A stretch of DNA of 36,080 nt from NCBI RefSeq assembly GCF_001194135.2, contig NC_069007.1:16800098-16836177 (forward strand). The letters run 5' to 3'. Below the pieces are notes generated by a model, which was not told the origin of the DNA, searched no databases, and worked only from the letters and a program-made list of their open reading frames with translations. Positions 10,860 through 22,503 of this stretch are shown piece by piece (position 1 is the stretch's first letter; every line of letters begins with the position of its first letter). Both the position numbers and the translations under genes were made by a program. The stretch is from Octopus bimaculoides (taxonomy: Eukaryota).

Positions 10860-11332
10860 ATCAAACTCTCTCATGGGATAGGCTAATAGCATTGGCCATC
10901 TGAGTTTAGCCAATCACTTGTCATCCATCACTGTGGTGAACACAATCAATGTTTTCCTCAGTGGTGGTAATTGCAGGACAGCCAGACCATGGGTCATCTT
11001 CAAGACTCCCCACTTCCCCTCCTAAATTCAGCTGCCCACTTTTGCACTGCTGATAAAGTTGGAACATCATCCCCTAATGTAGCAACCATGTCAATATGAA
11101 TGTCCTTGGGGGCGGGGGTAAATCCTTTTTCTGCAGGTACTTGATAACACCACAATGCCAAACTTTGTCCATTTTCAAGAGAAGTCACCACTAGGTACTT
11201 CTGAAATTCAACAGTCAGACGTCACTTTACTTGGAAAGAGACAATGCAATTATTAATAAGAAGGGCTGAAATTAATACATTTAAGAATTTGCAGGTCTAG
11301 CATCCTATGAACATTTCAACCCACCCTCATAC
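10860..11332 (-). mobile_element. Mariner transposase 5' remnant with possible TIR
   Basis: ATG at 11172 gives MDKVWHCGVIKYLQKK; then PKDIHIDMVATLGDDVPTLSAVQKWAAEFRRG and LEDDPWSGCP (HTH and LEDxxRSGRP-type linker), with frameshifts. TATGAGGGTGGGTTGAAA near 11330 looks like a mariner TIR. Confidence 0.8.
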
Positions 11333-11393
11333 TACAATAACTTTTATGTTGGAAAATATGGTATGTTTATATATATATATATATATATATATA

Positions 11394-11725
11394 TCTGTAA
11401 AAATATGTGACACTTATTCAGTAGCCATGATAAAACTGAGTTTTGGATGCCATGGCTACTGAATAAGTGTCNNNNNNNNNNNNNNNNNNNNNNNNNNNNN
11501 NNNNNNNNNNNNNNNNNNNNNNNNNNNNNNNNNNNNNNNNNNNNNNNNNNNNNNNNNNNNNNNNNNNNNNNNNNNNNNNNNNNNNNNNNNNNNNNNNNNN
11601 NNNNNNNNNNNNNNNNNNNNNNNNNNNNNNNNNNNNNNNNNNNNNNNNNNNNNNNNNNNNNNNNNNNNNNNNNNNNNNNNNNNNNNNNNNATGGCTACTG
11701 AATAAGTGTCACATATTTTTACAGA
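11394..11725. mobile_element. Small Tc1/mariner-type MITE with a perfect 35-bp TIR and TA target site, split by a probably spurious gap
   Basis: TCTGTAAAAATATGTGACACTTATTCAGTAGCCAT and its reverse complement, TA on both sides. Confidence 0.7.
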
Positions 11726-11784
11726 TAAATTCCTCTATTTGCATAATATCGAGGTCTCTTTCTTTCTTTTGTTGCCATTCCTGT

Positions 11785-11827
<43 letters not shown>

Positions 11828-12234
11828 CTCTGTGTGTGTGTGTGTGTGTGTGTACATACATATACCATATTTCTGAGTTGAATTTTTTAGAGCAAAATTT
11901 ACAGCAAAAAAAAAAAGGAAGGTTGATTTATACACAAAGATGATTCTGGAAGACCAAAACTTGCACATGAAATGCAGCAGGATTTAGGAAAGATAGTGAC
12001 AATGTTTGAATGTTTACACAACAAACATGCCCAAAAATACGGTAGCTGTTTCTGATACACATATCAAGGAGATGGACAAACAGAGAGTAAGGACACACTG
12101 TCAATTATATTAGTAGATAGTACATGCATGTATAATTGAATATGTTTGTGTGTGCGCGCATGCGTGCATGTGTGTGTATGCATACATGTCATGTATGTGC
12201 GTGTGTGTGTGTGTGTGTGTGCATGTATACTTAC

Positions 12235-12260
12235 TTTGTGCATATCGTAGGCAAAATCGC
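12235..12260 (-). CDS. ACP7: ACP7 exon 4, 26-nt micro-exon (G-DFAYDMHK)
   Basis: Strong acceptor tttcttttttcttttgcag|GC, donor AAA|GTAAGT, phase 1 to 0; supplies the GDXXY motif required between exons 3 and 5. Confidence 0.93.
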
Positions 12261-14179
12261 CTGCAAAAGAAAAAAGAAATTAGACAGCAACATACAAAAT
12301 CATCCTCATCATCATCAACAGTAGCATTGTCATCATCATCCTTGTGATCACCATCAACATTTTAACATCCATTTTTCCATGCTTGCACATGTCAGATAGA
12401 TTTCATTGGGATAGATTTTTCTACAGCTGGATGCTTGTCCACTCACCAACCCTCACCTGTTTCCAAGCAAGATGATATTTACCCATGGCCAGACATGTTC
12501 TTGCAGAATATAGGAAACAAAGGATACCAGTTGCATGGTGGGGGACACTCATTTATAATCACTGTGCAATGTGAAGAACAAGGAAATACAACCAAAAACA
12601 GATGGTACCTGTAACAAGATGTGTATCACTAAATAATATTACAGCTGAATAAAGAAAATATCAACCTTGGAACTCTCTGCATTCAATAAAGTAGTGGCCC
12701 ACAATGTGTTTGCAGTACCGGTACTCATACCAACATGTGGGTTACTTAATTGGATGCTTGATGAGATCTAAGCCATTGGTGTGAAAACCTGGGAGATACT
12801 AACTAGCACACATAATTTTCACACCAACAGCAACGTAAACCGCTTCTACCTAAAGCGAAAAAGACGAGCTTCTTTCAGTTTCCGTCTACCAAATCCACTC
12901 ACAAGGCTTTAGTCAGCCCGAGGCTATAGTAGAAGACACTTGCCCAAGGTGCCACACAGTGGGACTGAACCCAGAACTATGTGGTTGGTAAACAAGCTAC
13001 TTACCACACAGCCACTCTTGCGCCCATATATATATCATCATCATCATCGTTTAACGTCCGCTTTCCATGCTAGCATGGGTTGGACGATTTGACTGAGGAC
13101 TGGTGCAACCGGATGGCTACACCATAAATATATNNNNNNNNNNNNNNNNNNNNNNNNNNNNNNNNNNNNNNNNNNNNNNNNNNNNNNNNNNNNNNNNNNN
13201 NNNNNNNNNNNNNNNNNNNNNNNNNNNNNNNNNNNNNNNNNNNNNNNNNNNNNNNNNNNNNNNNNNNNNNNNNNNNNNNNNNNNNNNNNNNNNNNNNNNN
13301 NNNNNNNNNNNNNNNNNNNNNNNNNNNNNNNNNNNNNNNNNNNNNNNNNNNNNNNNNNNNNNNNNNNNNNNNNNNNNNNNNNNNNNNNNNNNNNNNNNNN
13401 NNNNNNNNNNNNNNNNNNNNNNNNNNNNNNNNNNNNNNNNNNNNNNNNNNNNNNNNNNNNNNNNNNNNNNNNNNNNNNNNNNNNNNNNNNNNNNNNNNNN
13501 NNNNNNNNNNNNNNNNNNNNNNNNNNNNNNNNNNNNNNNNNNNNNNNNNNNNNNNNNNNNNNNNNNNNNNNNNNNNNNNNNNNNNNNNNNNNNNNNNNNN
13601 NNNNNNNNNNNNNNNNNNNNNNNNNNNNNNNNNNNNNNNNNNNNNNNNNNNNNNNNNNNNNNNNNNNNNNNNNNNNNNNNNNNNNNNNNNNNNNNNNNNN
13701 NNNNNNNNNNNNNNNNNNNNNNNNNNNNNNNNNNNNNNNNNNNNNNNNNNNNNNNNNNNNNNNNNNNNNNNNNNNNTATATATATATATATATATGCTGG
13801 ATTTCTTTTAGTTTCTGTCTACCAAATCTACACACAAATCTTCGGTGTCGTTCCAGGACCACAGCAAAATACACCTGCCCAAGGTGTCATGCAGTGAGAC
13901 TGAAACTGAAATAACAGCCACAGAGTTGCAAAGTAAGATAGCATTTCCCTCATGGCTAGACATGTTCCGATTCCAACTTCTGGAATATGAAATAGCTTGT
14001 ATGACAGTGATATTCGTTTACAATGATCATACACTGTCAAGACAACGTATAATTGACATATAATTAACCCAAGCCCTTGAAGCACTTGGTACTCCAGTAT
14101 GGCTGTGGTCCAGTGATGGAAAACAATAGAAGGATGAAAGAATGAGAAAACAGTGGCTTTGTTGCCAAACCTGACTTAC

Positions 14180-14362
14180 CTACATGGAAGATGGAATCGT
14201 ATAAATTTTGCTTCACTTCTTTCAAAAGTCGGGGTAAAGACTGGGCATTCACACTTCCCATGTCACCAAAGAGGGCAATCATGGGTGCCCAGCTGGAGTC
14301 GTTGCGCTTTGCTGTGAAACTGAACTGTTCACTCCATCCTTGTGGGGAGCCACATCGGTATA
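14180..14362 (-). CDS. ACP7: ACP7 exon 3 (I-YRCGSPQGWSEQFSFTAKRNDSSWAPMIALFGDMG...YDSIFHV-G)
   Basis: Acceptor ccctacag|TA, donor GTAG|GTAAGT, 183 nt, phase 1 to 1; contains metal motif DXG (GDMG). Confidence 0.95.
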
Positions 14363-14369
14363 CTGTAGG

Positions 14370-14470
14370 GAGAGAGAGAGAGAGGAAGAGAGTGAGAGAG
14401 AGGAAGAGAGTGAGAGAGAGGAAGAGAGTGAGAGAGAGGAAGAGAGTGAGAGAGAGGAAGAGAGTTAGAG
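14370..14470. repeat. 18-bp purine tandem repeat (GAGAGAGAGGAAGAGAGT) x about 5, forming the polypyrimidine tract of the exon 3 acceptor
   Basis: Directly visible; starts a few nt from the acceptor AG. Confidence 0.9.
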
Positions 14471-14564
14471 AGAGAGACAAAAGAGGAAGAGATACAAGAG
14501 AGTGAAAGATAGAGACAAGAGAGAAAGCAGGGAGAGGGAGAGAGTGAAAGAGACACACACACAC

Positions 14565-14598
<34 letters not shown>

Positions 14599-15051
14599 CA
14601 CACACACAAATGCGAGAGAATGAGAGATACATACAAGAAAGAGTTAAAGAAAGAGAGACAAGAGTGAAAGAAGACACACACACACACAAGAGAAAGAGAG
14701 AAGAGAGAGTGAGAGACACAGAAAAGAGTAAGACATGCAAGAGAGAGAGAAGAGATAAAAGAAAGAGGAAGAGAAAGTAAGGGGAGAAAAAGTCAGGGCA
14801 AAAAATGATAAAAAGGAGAGAATTAATGGAAGAAATTACAAGAGAGAAAAAGAAAGAATGAATGAGACAGAGAGAGACATTGAAAAAGAGAGTGAGGAAG
14901 AAAAAGCGGAGAAAGACAGAACATTAAAAGACACAGTGAAAAAGAGAGACAAAGAGATAGATAGATGGACTGAACGACGGACAAATGGAGAGACATTGAT
15001 GTAATGTAAGAAAGTGCCAGAAAATATCTAAAGAATTCCGTTTGAACTTAC

Positions 15052-15246
15052 TGTATTTCACGCCTGGTTGAAGATTGGGGACCGTGACGACATGGATATA
15101 TTGAGTGTGGAAATACAGGTCTGGATTGATGAACCGTTGGGCTTTGCCATACGCAACGTGACTAAGAGAATCGGTGCCATATTTTACAATGGTGTTGAGA
15201 CCAGACTTGAAGGTACTCCAGGTAATTATCATGGAATAATCCTCAC
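15052..15246 (-). CDS. ACP7: ACP7 exon 2 (G-EDYSMIITWSTF...YIHVVTVPNLQPGVKY), PAP N-terminal FN3-like domain
   Basis: Acceptor aatcaacag|GT, donor TACA|GTAAGT, 195 nt, phase 1 to 1; aligns with the MTVTW...YIHRVTL..L.PG..Y segment of ACP7 family proteins. Confidence 0.93.
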
Positions 15247-15511
15247 CTGTTGATTAATTAAGATACTCTTTTTATTTTCACATAAGCAAAGAAAAAATGT
15301 GCGTTTTACAAGGATAAGACAAACAGAAAAAAAACGATTATTTTCAGACTTTAGATTGATGGAATCAAGATGGCTAAGTGTATGCTACATGTTCACAAAC
15401 TCTAAGTTCATACAAAACTCTTGATGTGCATGCACCAAGGGATGCATGCATGCTTTGCATACATGCAAACATCAGATTATATATATGTGTGTGTGTTTAT
15501 ATAAATGTCTG

Positions 15512-15552
<41 letters not shown>

Positions 15553-16873
15553 AGAAAGTTGGTATGTGAAAGCACGTGGTTGGATGTATAAAAGATAATA
15601 AGAGTGAAAAAACTACAGAAGGCTTGTTACATGGTTAAAGTATATATTTAAATTATGTCAGAAAAATGTAAGAAAAATGTTATAAAATCTTTTTGGTATA
15701 TAAACATTGTATTTTGAGAAATAACCGGTTTCGTGTTGTCTTTTCAAATTTCTCTACTTCATTGTGTCGTGGGAACGAACACGACACAATGAAGTAGAGA
15801 ANNNNNNNNNNNNNNNNNNNNNNNNNNNNNNNNNNNNNNNNNNNNNNNNNNNNNNNNNNNNNNNNNNNNNNNNNNNNNNNNNNNNNNNNNNNNNNNNNNN
15901 NNNNNNNNNNNNNNNNNNNNNNNNNNNNNNNNNNNNNNNNNNNNNNNNNNNNNNNNNNNNNNNNNNNNNNNNNNNNNNNNNNNNNNNNNNNNNNNNNNNN
16001 NNNNNNNNNNNNNNNNNNNNNNNNNNNNNNNNNNNNNNNNNNNNNNNNNNNNNNNNNNNNNNNNNNNNNNNNNNNNNNNNNNNNNNNNNNNNNNNNNNNN
16101 NNNNNNNNNNNNNNNNNNNNNNNNNNNNNNNNNNNNNNNNNNNNNNNNNNNNNNNNNNNNNNNNNNNNNNNNNNNNNNNNNNNNNNNNNNNNNNNNNNNN
16201 NNNNNNNNNNNNNNNNNNNNNNNNNNNNNNNNNNNNNNNNNNNNNNNNNNNNNNNNNNNNNNNNNNNNNNNNNNNNNNNNNNNNNNNNNNNNNNNNNNNN
16301 NNNNNNNNNNNNNNNNNNATCTGTGTGTGTGTGTGTGTGTGTTTATGTATTTGTTTTGCAAGATTCTTGATGTGAAATTGTGTTGAAGCAGATATTGTTA
16401 CATTTAGGGATGGGCATTTTTTTTTTTGGTGTCAATAACACTGTTTAGTTTGATCTGCACTTTTAGCCTTGTGACCTCTTCAATGATTTCCTGGCACAAA
16501 AAAAAACAAAAAAAAAAACCGTCATTCCAAAATATAACAATATCTGTTTCAACACATGATTTCACACAAAAAGTGTATGACAAAAGAACTCTGACAATAA
16601 ATTAATAATAATAATCATAATATTGTTAAAATGAAGACCAAATATATAGAACGTGTATTTAATTGGCAAAAGATGACCATCCCCAAATATAATGACATAT
16701 ATCATCATCGAGATTTAATGTCTATTTTCCATGTTGGCATGGGTTGGATAACTCAACAGGAACTGGCAAGGCCGGAGGCTGCACCAGGATTTGACACTTG
16801 TTCTGACATGGTTTCTATGGCTGAATGCCCTTCCTAATGCCAACCACTTCATAGAGTGTACTGGGTGTTGTTA

Positions 16874-17245
16874 CATGGCACTGTCACCAGTGCTTTTTAT
16901 GTGGCACCATCACCACTGCTTTTTGTGTGGCATAATCACCAGTGCTTTTCATGTGGCACAATCACCAGTGCTTTTCATGTGGCACCATCACCACTGCTTT
17001 TCGTGTGGCACAATCACCAGTGCTTTTCATGTGGCACCATCACCAGTGTTTTTTTATGTGGCACCATCACCAGTGCTTTTTATGTGGCACCATCACCACT
17101 GCTTTTCATGTGGCACCATCACCGGTGCTTTTTATGTGGCACCATCACCAGTGCTTTTCATGTGGCACCATCACCAGTGCTTTTCATGTGACACCATCAC
17201 CAGTGCTTTTCATGTGGCACAATCACCAGTGCTTTTTACATGGGA
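16874..17245 (+). repeat. 26-bp minisatellite (ATGTGGCACCATCACCAGTGCTTTTC), about 14 copies, inside a family D element
   Basis: Head-to-tail units with point variants and no unique spacers. Confidence 0.92.
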
Positions 17246-17905
17246 CCCACACCCACACTGATGCTTTTCACAAGGTACCTTGGTTTTAGGATCTCAATAC
17301 TGTTGTAGGGGGAAGATCTTCTTGAGTACAGCAATGTGTCATGTATCTCTGTACTCCATTATCTCCTTTGATTAATATCTGAAAAATGAAGGGTTAAAGA
17401 CAGCTATTTACAGCTGTTGCCTGAGACAAAATGAAACACATATATCTATATCTACTTCAAACGTAAAGAAGATCATTTATCGGTTGATTCATTGATCCCC
17501 GAATACAGTGTTTCCAAGATGAATATTGATTTTATGGTGATTCATTGAGACTATATTGTTGAGGTTATCTGTTGTTTACAGCAGTGAATATTCATGCTAA
17601 TTAGTAATTGAATGTTTGATGTTGGTTCCCATACAGAACACGAAAAACACCTATGTATTTGTGTGTGTGTATATGTGTCTGTGTGTGAGTGAGTGTGTGC
17701 ATGTGTGTGTATGTGTACATGTGTGTGTGTATATATATATATATATATGTATACATATCTCCTTGTTTCTTTCTGTGTTCCTTTCTGTGGGAGAGTGTAG
17801 GCTCGAAATGTTAAAGACTTTTTCACTTCCCGAGCATTAAACTAATACATCTGTTTGTTTTCTACACCACCTGTCTTTGTCTTGTTTTTTTGTGAATTCT
17901 CCCCC

Positions 17906-17937
<32 letters not shown>

Positions 17938-19172
17938 TTATGTGTGTGTGTGTGTGTGTATTAGGTAGAGGGGTTCCAAAAGGGGGTCTCAGGGAGTAGC
18001 ATCCCTGCCTTCCTGTGCTAGTTTTCAACCACATTTCTTAAAAATTGTGCTAGAGGCCTTGGTCTAGGGACCACTCATGTTTAGAAATTGAGGTTGGGGG
18101 TAAGCAAGGGCATGCTCCCTGTAGAAAATCCAGCCCCAAAAAAGCCTTATGATAGCAAAGGAGAATGGGCACCAGCCAGCCCAAAGATTGGGGTGAGCTG
18201 CACCTACCTACCTCAGTTGCTATGGCATTGAGGTAGATCTGGCCACCTCTGTTAACAGGGGGTGGCCGGATCTACATATGACTAAGTGAGACCACTTCCT
18301 AAATTCTTAAGTCCATGCAAACATTTTGTGTCCTGTGCAGGAATTTGTTTTGAATGGGTAAAGTGTTGCACAGTGCTGAACCCCCTTCTCAGTGGAGTCA
18401 ACTATATAACCAGTGGCACAACAGAGATTGAGATAACCAGAAACTGACTGTACTTTAGGTTTTTAATGAGTTTACTTTCTCCTAGAAGGAGGTCCTAATG
18501 AGAACTCAGGGCCCTTCACTCCCACTGATCCTCAAGTGTGCGTGTGAGGAGGGAGGAGATTGGCTTCTTCAGTCTTTGTCTACCATATTCACTTGCAAGA
18601 CTTTGGTCAGCCCAGGGCTATAACAGAAGACACTTGCCAATGGTGCCATCCAGAGGGACTGAACCTGGAACCACATGGTTGAGAAACAAGCTTCTTAACC
18701 ACACAGCAATGCATTATACTCAATGTCTGTTTTATCATGGTTTCTAAGACTGGTTTCTTTTTATGCAGGTACTGGTATTCTCATTGAAATTATGGAGGAA
18801 AAATCTGGGATTATGTCTGCAAGTTGAAACAAGTTCATTGTTCTTATTCAAAGGTGAAGTAGTATGGGGGATGAGGGGGGGGGGGGGGGGGTAATGGAAT
18901 AATGTAATGCTTATTTGTTGTACAGGTAACTACTCTAAGTCTACACCATTTACAATGTTTTGAGATGTGTCACATGATCAAACAATGCCATGGCAAGCAA
19001 CATCTAATCCTTGTTTACCTCACAAACATATTAAACACATAGACATTATACATACATACATATATCATCATCATCACCATTTAATGTTCATGTTCTGTGC
19101 TGGCATACATATATATATATATATATATATTTATACATACAGATGTCAAATATATATATATATATATATATA

Positions 19173-19209
<37 letters not shown>

Positions 19210-19363
19210 CAAATGATATATGAGCATATGCATATATACATACATATATGTACATACCTACATCTACATGTATATATAGATGCATATCCGGGTACAGAAT
19301 TTTGGATAATTCTTTATTAGTGCTTTCATCCATTCACGAGGATTTTTCAAAATAATTTTATAG

Positions 19364-19722
19364 AAAGTAAAGACTATTTGCCAACATAATGTGGCACTCC
19401 TAGATAGGATGAATGTTACTGTTGTTTAACCCCAGGAAATATCGTTTCCAGCTGGCTATATGGCACAATATTTGTGTCCTTATATTTTCGAACAGGGGAG
19501 CTCAGCACCCCCGTCCAGCACAAAACAACATCTGTGGACCATTTTCTGGGTTATTGTCCCTTCTCAGCACAGAGTAGCTGCTTGGCTCGACGGCACTGCT
19601 GAATTCCAGTTCAGATATTGTGTCGTATAGTCAGCCGGAAACGATGTTTCCTGGGGCTAAACAACAGTAACATCCGTCCCTTCCAGGACAGCCACATTAT
19701 GTTGGCAAATAGCCTTTACTTT
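19364..19722. mobile_element. Foldback element with about 110-bp imperfect inverted arms
   Basis: AAAGTAAAGACTATTTGCCAACATAATGTGGC...GGCACAATA versus the reverse complement of TATTGTGTC...GCCACATTATGTTGGCAAATAGCCTTTACTTT. Confidence 0.85.
19531..19573 (-). ncRNA. Degenerate minimal type-I hammerhead ribozyme motif
   Basis: UCUGUG-CUGA.GA-A-GGG/CCC-a-GAAA-AUG-GUC-CACAGA: perfect 6-bp stem I, GUC cleavage triplet, two single-nt core lesions. Confidence 0.5.
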
Positions 19723-19991
19723 ACTGGATGCCCTTCCTCATGCCAAACACATCACAGAGTGTACAGGGTGCTTTTTAAATGTGTATGAAGTTTAAATCAT
19801 GACACAGCAAAACTTTATCCACATGAGAGGTCAAGACATTGACCAATCTGCAACCAGACTTCACATAATAGACTCTTCTAGATCTTTCTGGAATGCTGTG
19901 GCTCAAGGGTTATATAAAGGCTTATTTTAGTGCTAACAAGAAAACTATTAAATGGGAGAGAGGAAGAAGAAAGAAGACTTTGTATGTATCA

Positions 19992-20043
<52 letters not shown>

Positions 20044-21057
20044 NNNNNNNNNNNNNNNNNNNNNNNNNNNNNNNNNNNNNNNNNNNNNNNNNNNNNNNNN
20101 NNNNNNNNNNNNNNNNNNNNNNNNNNNNNNNNNNNNNNNNNNNNNNNNNNNNNNNNNNNNNNNNNNNNNNNNNNNNNNNNNNNNNNNNNNNNNNNNNNNN
20201 NNNNNNNNNNNNNNNNNNNNNNNNNNNNNNNNNNNNNNNNNNNNNNNNNNNNNNNNNNNNNNNNNNNNNNNNNNNNNNNNNNNNNNNNNNNNNNNNNNNN
20301 NNNNNNNNNNNNNNNNNNNNNNNNNNNNNNNNNNNNNNNNNNNNNNNNNNNNNNNNNNNNNNNNNNNNNNNNNNNNNNNNNNNNNNNNNNNNNNNNNNNN
20401 NNNNNNNNNNNNNNNNNNNNNNNNNNNNNNNNNNNNNNNNNNNNNNNNNNNNNNNNNNNNNNNNNNNNNNNNNNNNNNNNNNNNNNNNNNNNNNNNNNNN
20501 NNNNNNNNNNNNNNNNNNNNNNNNNNNNNNNNNNNNNNNNNNNNNNNNNNNNNNNNNNNNNNNNNNNNNNNNNNNNNNNNNNNNNNNNNNNNNNNNNNNN
20601 NNNNNNNNNNNNNNNNNNNNNNNNNNNNNNNNNNNNNNNNNNNNNNNNNNNNNNNNNNNNNNNNNNNNNNNNNNNNNNNNNNNNNNNNNNNNNNNNNNNN
20701 NNNNNNNNNNNNNNNNNNNNNNNNNNNNNNNNNNNNNNNNNNNNNNNNNNNNNNNNNNNNNNNNNNNNNNNNNNNNNNNNNNNNNNNNNNNNNNNNNNNN
20801 NNNNNNNNNNNNNNNNNNNNNNNNNNNNNNNNNNNNNNNNNNNNNNNNNNNNNNNNNNNNNNNNNNNNNNNNNNNNNNNNNNNNNNNNNNNNNNNNNNNN
20901 NNNNNNNNNNNNNNNNNNNNNNNNNNNNNNNNNNNNNNNNNNNNNNNNNNNNNNNNNNNNNNNNNNNNNNNNNNNNNNNNNNNNNNNNNNNNNNNNNNNN
21001 NNNGGAACCCTCTCGACGTCGTAAGCGACGGAGTGCCAACAACATATCATTCACACA

Positions 21058-21430
21058 TGTGGAGGCGTAATGGCCCAGTGGTTAGGGCAGCGGACTCGCG
21101 GTTTCGATTCCCAGACCGGGCGTTGTGAATGTTTATTGAACGAAAACACCTAAAGCTCCACGAGGCTCCAGCAGGGGTTGGTGGCGAACCCTGCTGTACT
21201 CTTTCACCACAAGTTTCTCTCACTCTTACTTCCTGTTTCTGTTGTGCCTGTAATTCAAAGGGTCAGCCTTGTCACACCGTGTCACGCTGAATATCCCCGG
21301 GAACTACGTTAAGGGTACACGTGTCTGTGGAGTGCTCAGCCACTTGCATGTTAATTTCACGAGCAGGCTGTTCCGTTGATCGGATCAACTGGAACCCTCT
21401 CGACGTCGTAAGCGACGGAGTGCCAACAAC
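21058..21430 (+). mobile_element. Near full-length tRNA-derived SINE (family A) with a 14-bp direct repeat
   Basis: A box TGGCCCAGTGG, B box GTTTCGATTCC, (CAA)n tail; ATATCATTCACACA at 21044-21057 and 21431-21444. Confidence 0.88.
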
Positions 21431-21765
21431 ATATCATTCACACACAGCTTCACAAGTATACTATTTGCGACACATGACACCAACAGCCTTGAAGTTATTA
21501 AGGAGCTTGCAAGACAAAAGACTCACAGCCACCAACAACTGATTGGAAAGTCGTATTGATGAGTGTGGGGGCACTGATCCAGGTGATGAGAAGTTTCCTA
21601 GCGTGCCCAGTAAAGCTGTTACAAAAGGTGGCTTGCCTCCTTGGCACCACCAGAATAATCAGCAAAGTATGAGATAGCAGAAAAAACAAATAACAGAGTA
21701 CCAATAGGCTGCAAGGAGCAAGACACCGAGAGTTCCAACAGATCTTAAGATGAATGATGATGATG

Positions 21766-21800
<35 letters not shown>

Positions 21801-22346
21801 GATAATAATAATAATAATAATAATTTTTTTTTTTTTTTTTTTTTTNNNNNNNNNNTCTCTGCCCTAGGTGTACGGAAAACACTCGGCGAGAAATGGGAAA
21901 AAATTTGAAGAAAGAAAAAAAAAACATAATAATAATAATAATAATTACGTAAAATACTGTCTATGTGATCTCAAATTTTAAAACAAACACATAATTTTCT
22001 TCTGATTTCTTAAACATTCTCTAGAACAACACTATGTACAAATCCAAATATAGGGTACCCTAGGCATGACACCTACATGAACTTCTAACTTGTCCCTTGA
22101 GGTCTCTGGGAGAGACTTGGATCCAACTTGTACAAATGCACAGCAAAAGTCAAACATAAAATAATAATAATAATAATAATAGTGTTCTTTGTGAAGAAGA
22201 AGAAGAAGAAGAAGAAACAGAAGAAGAAATAGAAGAGTATTGTAAGAAAGTTGGTCGGACAAAAAGGAAGACGTCTGTGAGACGAATAAAAATGACATTT
22301 GTGAATTAAAAAGAAAACATTAATTGAATTAATAAAATGAACTTGC

Positions 22347-22503
22347 CATAAGCGATGTGTATCTGTTCGGGCAGATAACGGTTGAATTTAGTTGTAGGGT
22401 AACCATTGTAAATAGGTGTAGTGGAACAAAGCAACAAAACGTTGTAGAATGTTAATAACAAAATAGCGAATCTCCTGCACTCATTGAGACTTGAAATCTC
22501 CAT
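22347..22503 (-). CDS. ACP7: ACP7 alternative first coding exon 1B' (near-identical copy of 1B; MEISSLNEC...KFNRYLPEQIHIAY-G)
   Basis: 157 nt, 3 nt different from 1B, same GC donor TATG|GCAAGT, phase 1. Could be a true tandem copy or an uncollapsed haplotype. Confidence 0.65.

Noticed and set aside
16874-17245. Possible CRISPR array (also 1347-1437 and 35929-36080)
   Set aside because: Repeats abut directly with no unique spacers, there are no cas genes, and the context is a eukaryotic intron.
18208-18236. let-7 seed-like TGAGGTAG and complementary CTACCTCA
   Set aside because: The match stops at 8 nt and the rest does not resemble the let-7 mature sequence or hairpin.
18770-18850. Plus-strand exon-like segment (ttttatgcag|...AAAG|gtgaag)
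   Set aside because: Weak donor, unrecognisable peptide and no partner exons.
19893-21128. ORFs of 200-600 aa spanning N runs (here and at 7442, 10072, 11467, 13044, 15759, 23192, 33377)
   Set aside because: Their length comes from assembly gaps translated as X.
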